Positions 1-8,200 of a stretch of 54,529 nucleotides of DNA are shown in pieces. The translations under genes and the position numbers were made by a program. How positions within the stretch are numbered: the stretch's first letter is position 1; each line of letters begins with the position of its first letter. The stretch is from Candidatus Woesearchaeota archaeon (GTDB taxonomy: Archaea; Nanobdellota; Nanobdellia; Woesearchaeales; JACPBO01): NCBI GenBank assembly GCA_016180285.1, contig JACPBO010000003.1, positions 1 to 54,529 of the forward strand. The letters are read 5' to 3'. The notes under the pieces are model-generated. The model had not been told where the DNA came from, did no database searches, and worked only from the letters and a program-made list of their open reading frames with translations.

Positions 1-51
1 CAGTTTCCAAGCACTAGAGGGAGCTAATTGTTTCTTTAATTTATTTTTTTA

Positions 52-91
52 CCATTTCAATAGAAATGGAGTCAACTCACAAGAGTTGACT
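52..91. repeat. two adjacent hairpins (CCATTTC-AATA-GAAATGG; AGTCAACTC-ACAA-GAGTTGACT)
   Basis: Perfect 7-bp and 9-bp inverted repeats just downstream of the 118..819 minus-strand gene. Confidence 0.6.
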
Positions 92-117
92 TAACCCTAA
101 CTTATTTAATGCGCCGC

Positions 118-819
118 TTAACCTACTTGAGCAACATTTGTTTTTTCAAGCTGATTCTTTGCCAATTCAACTCCTTTTTCAAGAGCTTCTTCTAGGCTTT
201 TTGGAAGCCTTGCATTTGCTTTGCTGAATTCTTTCACCAGAATAATCTGAGGCTCATCTGGTGTGAAAGTTGAAATGAAATTTGAAATCTTTGCCTCATC
301 AAGACAAAGATACTGAATAATAACTCCCTCCTTCGTTGACAAATAAAACTCTTTAATGTTCGTTCTTCCTGCATAAATTCCCTTATTTGCACTAAGCCCT
401 CTCATATCAAGACTTTTGACTTCTAACTCCCCCATATTAATGTCACACCCCACCACTAATTCTCTCGCATAAACATTCTTGGCCCTTAACCCATACATCT
501 TGAGCCCACCACTAATCCTGGCGCCGTTTATATTAACACTCTTTTTAACATATAATTTGAACATCTCTACTTCACAGACATTTGAAGATGAAAGCTCAAA
601 AGCTCCATTGACTTTGGCTTTGCTCAAGTAAAGACCTTTGGCATTTAAGCCAGCCATCATAACAATTCCACCAACTTTTACTTCATTCATATAAATATCG
701 CCATTAACCTTTGAACCTTCAGCTAAAACATCACCAAGAATCTTATGACCGCAAATAAAAACTCTATCGCATTCTTCAGGAAATGCAAGATTTGTTATAT
801 TATCGCAGAATATTTTCAT
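118..819 (-). CDS. hypothetical protein with pentapeptide-like/beta-helix repeats
   Basis: 233-aa ORF with periodic 'lxlxxakvxG' units. Confidence 0.55.
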   Translation of the reverse strand: MKIFCDNITNLAFPEECDRVFICGHKILGDVLAEGSKVNGDIYMNEVKVGGIVMMAGLNAKGLYLSKAKVNGAFELSSSNVCEVEMFKLYVKKSVNINGARISGGLKMYGLRAKNVYARELVVGCDINMGELEVKSLDMRGLSANKGIYAGRTNIKEFYLSTKEGVIIQYLCLDEAKISNFISTFTPDEPQIILVKEFSKANARLPKSLEEALEKGVELAKNQLEKTNVAQVG

Positions 820-1368
820 TTAACTCTCTTCCTTACAATCCATGCACATCAGGACGCCGTCAAGATTAGTGACTTTATCAGCGTATTTGCCGCATATCTG
901 GCAGATGCCTTCTGACGGCTTTCGCTTGCTTAATGGCTTTCTTTCCTCCTCCCTTAATTCAAATTTTTCAACCAGCAGATCAAACAGCTGCGGCTCTATC
1001 TTGAGTATGTCTTTCAATGTCAGCAACCCTATGAATTTCTTGCCGTCAATAACAGGCAAATGCCTTATATTCAAGTCCCTCATTTTAATTAATGCATCAA
1101 AAATATCTGCCTCGGGGCTTATTGATGTCATGTCTGTTTCCATATATGCTCCGACTTTTGATTTAGATGCGTCTATGCCTTTCGCAACAGCTTTTCTTAC
1201 AATATCCTGCTCTGTTATTATGCCCTGCAGCTCTTCATTTTTTTTGATTAGCAAAGCGCCAACATGCTTTTCATCCATTATTTTAGCGCAATCCTGCAGG
1301 CTTGCTCCGGAACTGATTGTAATCGGGTTTTCCGTCATTGCATCGCAGACTTTAAAGCCGGTTTTCAT
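820..1368 (-). CDS. CBS-domain pair protein with C-terminal Zn ribbon
   Basis: Two CBS repeats (GIITEQDIV, IRHLPV..GLLTLKDIL) and CQIC..CMDC; GGTGA SD upstream. Confidence 0.9.
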   Translation of the reverse strand: MKTGFKVCDAMTENPITISSGASLQDCAKIMDEKHVGALLIKKNEELQGIITEQDIVRKAVAKGIDASKSKVGAYMETDMTSISPEADIFDALIKMRDLNIRHLPVIDGKKFIGLLTLKDILKIEPQLFDLLVEKFELREEERKPLSKRKPSEGICQICGKYADKVTNLDGVLMCMDCKEES

Positions 1369-1379
1369 TTAGTTCACCT

Positions 1380-3302
1380 TCAATAGTTCACCATAACTTC
1401 GACATCCTTTCCGAAAAAGGACTTAAGGCTTTCAAATAATGGCTCTTTTATAAAAACGCGCTGAGGAATTTTCTCATTCACAAGGGCTTTTTCCATTTCT
1501 TCGATTGAAGACTCTTTTGCTGCGCCTAAGCTGCCATCTTTGTTTATAGCTGCTTTTGTAATTTCTTTTTGTTCGGCATCTATGTCGTGAATAACATACG
1601 CCTCTTTTTCAAGCAGCAGAACTTCTCCGAACTTTGTCCCATGCTTCACCCTAACCCTTGCTTTTTCTATTTCCAGGCCGCGCTTTCTCTGGATGTATTC
1701 GATCAGGAATTTTATGAAGGAAGCAGAATCTTTCTTTACCTTTTCCACTTCCACTTTTGACAGCTTCTTTTCATCATAATCTTTCTTTGCTTTTATTATT
1801 TCATTCAGTATTCTTAAAAATTTTGCAGGAATCTTCCCTTCAGCTATAAGCTTGTCCTCAAACATGCTGACAATTTCAACATCCGCAACTTTTTCAACAC
1901 CCTCTAATTTTAAAATGTCCCTTATCATTGTTACGGTTGTATCATAAATGCGAACCATATCCTCTTCTTCCTTTATCTTTTCTATCTGGCCGAACAGCTT
2001 TTTTATTCTTTTAAGATAGTCTTCTGCATTTGTCAGCAGCTCGTCAAGCTCTTTTCCTGTGAGTGATTTTTTTGTGCCATGCTCAAGCTCTTTTCTTACC
2101 TGAATGTTCTTTTCTAAAAGTTTAATATACTTCTCTTCAAGCATTTTTTCCTTGTCAACAAAGATTTCCTTCATCAATGCAGGAGTTTCCTTCGGAGTTG
2201 GAGGCGGAACGCCAAAAAGCATCAGCGCGGCCTGGCTCGGAGTGAGTATTGCATAATAAATGTCTTCCATTCCCAGATCCTGCAGCCTGAAATGCACCCT
2301 TTTCAGCATTTCTTCGCCTGATGACATGAACATATCAATTGCCTCTGCGCTTGGCTTTATCTTGCCCATTTTCAATAATTGCTTCCACGGCATAAAGATG
2401 CCCCTGTCATAGAATGGAACGCCGTCTCTAAGCAGAGTAAATATTATTGGATTTGCCTCTTTCAAGCTGTCCCAAAAGTCTGTCAGAATATAAACCTGGA
2501 TGTTCAGCTTGTTTTTAACTCCAGTTATATCGCCTGCCTCGATTCCCATGCCAATTATTATAGCCCTTAATTTGTCTTTAAGCTCAGCCCTTGTCATGCG
2601 CTTTACATCAGTGTCATCAATTACAACCCAGACATCAATATCAGATGTTTTTGTTGCCCTTCCCTGCACTAATGAGCCTGCCAGAACATATGAAACAATG
2701 TAGCGCTCGAATTTTTTCAGCACCATTGATTTATGGATTTCAGCTATTTTTATTGCCGAAAGCATTCCAAGGTCATAAACAGGGGCAGACATTGCAATCA
2801 ACTGCAGCAGATCATATTTCGCGTCATAGCAGCTCTGCCATAGCTCTGACAGAATCACTATTTCAGGAGCCAAAGACTTGTCGACATCCTCAGCCATTTT
2901 TGTTATTATTGCTGAAAGTTTTGATGCCAATTCCTGCTTCGACATCTTCTGGCTGTCAGAATCATCAACTAAAACGAGAACATTTATTTTTTCACCGCCT
3001 TCTTTTTTCTCTTCCTGCTTTTCGCTGGTTTTTTCTTCTGGATCGATTTCTTCTCCAGGCTGCGGCTGAGCAGGCTTTTCCTCGCCTTTCCTCTGCGGAG
3101 GCAGCAATGCAATCCCCATTATGTATTTATCAAACTTTTTAAGAATTTCTTTCTGGAATTTGTCAATCTTTTCCTTTATTTCCTTTATCTTTTCCTGGGC
3201 TTCTTTCGGCAGGTTTTCAGGGATCTTTAATGCCAGCTCATTGTCTGATTTTTGCTTTTCTTCAGAATTTTTTTTATTTTCCTTATATTCTTTCTTTGCC
3301 AT
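1380..3302 (-). CDS. tandem nucleotidyltransferase + HEPN-like domain protein
   Basis: GSLVQG..SDIDVWVVIDD Pol-beta NTase motif, preceded by a degenerate copy (KINVLVLVDD); HEPN-like YYAIL..QAAL..RKELEH. ATG at 3302 chosen because GGTGG lies upstream. Confidence 0.8.
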   Translation of the reverse strand: MAKKEYKENKKNSEEKQKSDNELALKIPENLPKEAQEKIKEIKEKIDKFQKEILKKFDKYIMGIALLPPQRKGEEKPAQPQPGEEIDPEEKTSEKQEEKKEGGEKINVLVLVDDSDSQKMSKQELASKLSAIITKMAEDVDKSLAPEIVILSELWQSCYDAKYDLLQLIAMSAPVYDLGMLSAIKIAEIHKSMVLKKFERYIVSYVLAGSLVQGRATKTSDIDVWVVIDDTDVKRMTRAELKDKLRAIIIGMGIEAGDITGVKNKLNIQVYILTDFWDSLKEANPIIFTLLRDGVPFYDRGIFMPWKQLLKMGKIKPSAEAIDMFMSSGEEMLKRVHFRLQDLGMEDIYYAILTPSQAALMLFGVPPPTPKETPALMKEIFVDKEKMLEEKYIKLLEKNIQVRKELEHGTKKSLTGKELDELLTNAEDYLKRIKKLFGQIEKIKEEEDMVRIYDTTVTMIRDILKLEGVEKVADVEIVSMFEDKLIAEGKIPAKFLRILNEIIKAKKDYDEKKLSKVEVEKVKKDSASFIKFLIEYIQRKRGLEIEKARVRVKHGTKFGEVLLLEKEAYVIHDIDAEQKEITKAAINKDGSLGAAKESSIEEMEKALVNEKIPQRVFIKEPLFESLKSFFGKDVEVMVNY

Positions 3303-3478
3303 TAAAAGTTCCACCCTTAATCACGAAATAATCGGGTAATGTTTATAAATATTGTGGTTTTATTGATTTTGGGATTTTCATAATTTTATCTGCATAAAAA
3401 ACAAAACATATATATAGAAGTGATGACTTAGGAATGGTATTAATTAAATTTAAAAATAATGATAAAAGGTGATGAAAA

Positions 3479-4270
3479 ATGGCTAAGAAAGCAAAAACTG
3501 TTGATGATATCATTGCGAATATCCAGGGTGTTGTTAATAAGCCATTCAAAGAAAGAATCAAGAAATTTGAAGAATTTCACGCTCCAGAAAAACAATATGA
3601 TCTGCTTTTTGCACAGCATGCCGAATATGTAGTTATGGGCAAGCCATCTGATAGAAAGTCATTTCCTGGTGCATATGAAGAGGCTTATAAGAAATTGGAC
3701 ACGATGCTTGAAGAAGATTCTTCAAAGTTGAAAAAAGAAGGCGATATCAGAGCCATTCTGGAAGTTTATGTTGATAAATTCTTGGAAAGAGCCATGGGTG
3801 AGAAGTTTAAAGATACGCTAGAGCAAGCAAAGAAAGAAGGCCTTTCTGAAGAAGATATCAGGGATATGAAAGGAAGCTTATTCAGTCAATATCACCCAAC
3901 AAGAGAAGGGATTGTGAACCCACTAAGTAAGGAGTTCATTAAACAATTTGTAGGAAAAACAAAATTAGAAGCAATAGAAGCATTAAAAGGTTTAGCCGAG
4001 AATAGTAAAAAGCTTTATGCAAGCTACTTGAATGACAGCGCTACTGAGGGGCTGATAAAGCAATACGATGTACTCGATTTAACAAAACACCTAAAGCCTA
4101 AATTTAAAGAAGCAGGTTTTAAGCCAAGGGAACACTATCTTAAAAAACGTGCACACGAATTAGAAGCGCATTATGAGGCCTTAATAAAAGGAGCCGGAGA
4201 ACAACTTCAAAAATACGGCTATGAAAAAATAACAAAGAAAGAAAACGCAAAAGACGGGAATGCTCACTAG
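3479..4270 (+). CDS. hypothetical helical protein
   Basis: 263-aa ORF with AGGTGA SD. Confidence 0.75.
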   Translation: MAKKAKTVDDIIANIQGVVNKPFKERIKKFEEFHAPEKQYDLLFAQHAEYVVMGKPSDRKSFPGAYEEAYKKLDTMLEEDSSKLKKEGDIRAILEVYVDKFLERAMGEKFKDTLEQAKKEGLSEEDIRDMKGSLFSQYHPTREGIVNPLSKEFIKQFVGKTKLEAIEALKGLAENSKKLYASYLNDSATEGLIKQYDVLDLTKHLKPKFKEAGFKPREHYLKKRAHELEAHYEALIKGAGEQLQKYGYEKITKKENAKDGNAH

Positions 4271-4281
4271 CAGCAGCCAGA

Positions 4282-5127
4282 TTATTTTTCTTTTTCCATT
4301 TCATTCATTATTCTAATCGAAAAAATCCTCGATACTGTCAAATAAGGCAAAAATACTATTAAAAACAGGATAAGTGCCAATAAATAACCTATTGTAAAAG
4401 AATAGCTCAAGATCAAAAAAACTAAAAAACCAATAAAGATTAAAATAAAATAAGCGGAAAAAGCGTATTTTATTCTTTTAATGCTGATTATAAATATTTT
4501 TTGGAATAATTCCAGCAATCCGTATTTTTGAATAAGCGAATAAGCAATGATTATAAAATAAAAAACTGCTAAAAAAACAATCAAGGAAATAATGAGGGTT
4601 GTATTCTGCGGAACCGCCATTATTGATGTCATGCTGCGGCGTATGGAATCAAAAGACACTATCAAAATCAAAGAGGCAGCCAAGAATAAAATAAAGCTGA
4701 TTAAAGAAAACTTCATAAAAAAATTAAAAAATCTTGCCTTGATCTTCAGCATTTTATTCGCAATAAGCCAGCTTATTGACTGCAGGATGCACCATGCGGT
4801 AAATAAAAATAAAGCAAAAATAAAAGCCGACTGCATAATTGCATTCAAATTCTGATTCACCAGTGCATTTTGGGTAGAGAAATCAGGCTGAATGACAGAT
4901 CCTGGATTGACCGAGATCTGCTGGGCAATTGCAGAGTACTGGTTCAGTATCGGAAGGAGTATTTTCAGCGAGTCGAATATCTTTTTAACTGCAAATCCAA
5001 GCGCAGCAAAAGAAGAGAGCAAAAATAAAAGATCAAGAAAAACCGAGAGAATGAATAAGGGGATATTCTTTCTTATGGCTTGAAATGTTGCTTTAAAGCT
5101 TCTTGTTAAGATGGTTGTGAGGGTCAT
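4282..5127 (-). CDS. multi-pass membrane protein (similar layout to 13200..13949)
   Basis: About 6 hydrophobic segments; 'LDLLFLL', 'LQSISW'. Confidence 0.8.
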   Translation of the reverse strand: MTLTTILTRSFKATFQAIRKNIPLFILSVFLDLLFLLSSFAALGFAVKKIFDSLKILLPILNQYSAIAQQISVNPGSVIQPDFSTQNALVNQNLNAIMQSAFIFALFLFTAWCILQSISWLIANKMLKIKARFFNFFMKFSLISFILFLAASLILIVSFDSIRRSMTSIMAVPQNTTLIISLIVFLAVFYFIIIAYSLIQKYGLLELFQKIFIISIKRIKYAFSAYFILIFIGFLVFLILSYSFTIGYLLALILFLIVFLPYLTVSRIFSIRIMNEMEKEK

Positions 5128-5201
5128 TGTTAACTTCGGTTTATATGTGTTAATTTTAGTTTACATAATTTTTTGTTAAAAATTTTGTGATATTTCATGG
5201 T

Positions 5202-8200
5202 TTAAGAAGTTTGTTGGCAGCAGGTTTGGCCAGAATCGCATTTACCATTATCGGCTAAGTCAGTTAATTGCGTAAATGAAGCAGGACATACTCCGCTACT
5301 TTCAGTTGAAAGGCAAACTCCTTTTTTAGCAGGATTGCTCTTATCACTGCATTCTTTTTCCCAGACATAAGCTGTGATTGTATTTTGAGAAGTGTAGGGA
5401 TTATTTAAGGATCCACCAATAACATGGCCTTGCAACGTATATTTTCCTGCCAGTACAGGCACCCAGAGAAGGGTTTTAGCGCTCCATTCTTTTTTTGATA
5501 TTGATGAGCTTTGTTCTAATTGTAACGAGTCGGATATTGGACCTTTTACTGACATATAAGCTGAAGCAGAATCTTCTGTTGTTGTTATCTTGGCATTTTT
5601 TGCGTCATTTTTCTTTACTAAAATTGTTCCTGTCTTGTCATCTACTGTGAATGAGTTTATTATTGTTGGCCCTGTTGTTGAAGCAGTCCCTTGAGCAGAA
5701 GGATTGCATATCACTTTGAAATTCAATGATTTTTCTTGAATTGCTCCATTATATGTTGTTTTTTGCTCGGAAGGAACATATTGCCCCGTTGTATCGTCTT
5801 TTTTATAATCATATAATGCAAATACAGCATTCCATGTCTGCTCTTTGTTGTCGCACGTGAAAGTGCTTGTGGTAGTCTGGCTTGTTTGAATATGAGAATA
5901 AAATACAGTTGATGCGTCATTAGTTGGTTCCGAGTTTATATTTATCACATTATTGCCGCAAGTTACTTTATTTGAGCTTTTTTCGTAAGTGCATTTATTT
6001 GTAGTTTTTGATGATGGTGTGAAAATTGCAGTAGGGGTTGAAAGGTATGTGCCGATTTTGTATTCGAATTTTTCATTATCATTTTTTCCTGTATGGTAAA
6101 TCAATTCGAAAGTATCATCACAGGTCATAGACTTAACAGATATTGAATTTGAATATGTGACTCCTGTAGGCACACCAACATTCTCGCATGTTTTCGTTGT
6201 TGAAGTCGGCGTGCTTGTTCTTTCAAACATCTCTTTCGTTATCATAACATCAGGCAATGTAAATTGATGCTCTTTGCTTTCATAAAGCAGCTGCGGGGGT
6301 TGGTTTGATGCTGCAGTGCCGCTGCTCATTTCTGAAATCACAACACCATTCTGGTTTGTTACAGTCCATCTCAGTTGTTTTGTATAAGAACAGTATTTTA
6401 AGCCATCACTGCAATATTCGCTTTTGCGCTCTGAAGCATCTCTAGGCAATTGCTGCGCTATATTGACTGATATTCTAAGATTTTCATCTTTTTTGAAAGG
6501 CTCTGCCCTTGCAGAAGGAGCTGGGTTAAAATACGCCTCTCCTGTGTTTTGGCCGATGCTTAATCTGCACAGATAGCTTCCTGTTCCTATGTCAAAGCTG
6601 CAGAATACTGGCGGCTTTCCGCCTTCCTGCGTTATACTGCATTCCTGCTTGTCTGTTCTCTTTGCCCCTGTGTTGTCAGTCCATGCCCATTCAAGGACAG
6701 CAGTATCATACCTTACTTTTGATTCTGTTAATGGAACATAGGTATCGCTGTCGAGTATCTGGCCTGCTTTAAGCACTCCTGTGCCGCCTTCTGCAGCAAC
6801 ACCCATAGTCTGCTCTGCGCTTACGCAGTCGCACTTTCCTCCTTCGAAATCATTTGTATCGCAAGTATAGCCGCTTGAGCATTTCAGATAAACCCTGTAT
6901 GTTAAAGGGGAGCCTGCAACCAATCCGATTCCAAGATGATAGCTCCATGTTGTTAATCCAGATGGGTTGCTTACAGGATTATAGGAAACAAATCTTCTTG
7001 TGCATGGATACAATATCGGCTGGCTCTGTATATTAACAGATATGTTTTCATTCAGCAAAGTATTCACATCAAGATTCCAGTCTCCTGTAAATGCAAATAA
7101 GCAAATGGCATGCACCAATTTTCTTTCAGCAAACATTGTGCGCCATATTGTTGAGCCGCCGTATCTGCCAGAGACTGACTTCTGGACAGCTGTTCCTGCA
7201 GATGTCAATGCTCCTAAAAATCCGCCAATGCCGCCTTCAATCCTTTTTCCAAATCCGTTGCTGTACTTCTTTGTAAAGCATTTTATAACATCATAGATAA
7301 GATCGCACACATACTGCGTCAATACAGCCTGGCACACTCCTGGATTTCCGTCTCCTGTCAATAAGATTGTGTTGAAGCATGTCCTTATGGCATCCATCAT
7401 GGATCTGTAAAGCGACAGATAGCTCGTGATCCCCGGCAGGCAAACGCATTGAATTGACCTTAACAAGCCAGAGGTCGGATCAACAATGTATTTCTTGTCT
7501 GTTGTGCCAATGGCCGATAAAATCTTGTCAAAAACTTCTTGTGCATCTTTGTTAATATCGCCGTTTCCAGCTACACCAGGAATTTGCCTGGTTTCTGCAG
7601 CAACAAATACATAATCTTTTTTGAATTTTGTTAATTGGGCATTGTAGGAAGATTGTAGATTGTTTTTGTCTATTACATCAACATCTTTGATTTCATTGAC
7701 AGGCCTTAAGGGCTTAAATTCTACATCCTGCGTGACCTTGCTCGGCTGTCCTACTTGAACTGCTCCTTGTTGTGCAGTAACGTACTTTGTGTTATAATAA
7801 CCTCTTTCAACAACAACATCTGTTGTCTTTCCACTGCTATCTGTTTTTTCCGTTATTCTGTAGAATATCTCTTTTCCAAGTGCTTCTGTGTCTTTTGTAT
7901 CTTGTGGCCCTAATTCTTTATAAGTCCTAAGTCCCTTTACAAATTCTTCTTTTGGTTTTCCTTGCGGATCGCAGAATCCTGCTACAGAATTAAAGATCTT
8001 TCTCGGAGTTGTGCAGACCTTTGTATCTTCCGGATGAACTAAGCAATATGATTCTTCTATTTCATTAAACCCGAACTTAGGATAAGCTCCGCATGCAGAA
8101 TCCCATTCGCGCATGTATTCAAAGCCGCAGCATTTTGGATCATAAGGATGAAGCCCTTTGCAAGCTTGTTGATTCTGTTGATCAATATAATTATCATATA

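Noticed and set aside
70..91. GTCAAC..GTTGAC hairpin as an IS200/IS605 or OMEGA RNA end
   Set aside because: Too short, with no TnpA/TnpB/IscB gene visible; it is at the window edge, so context is missing.
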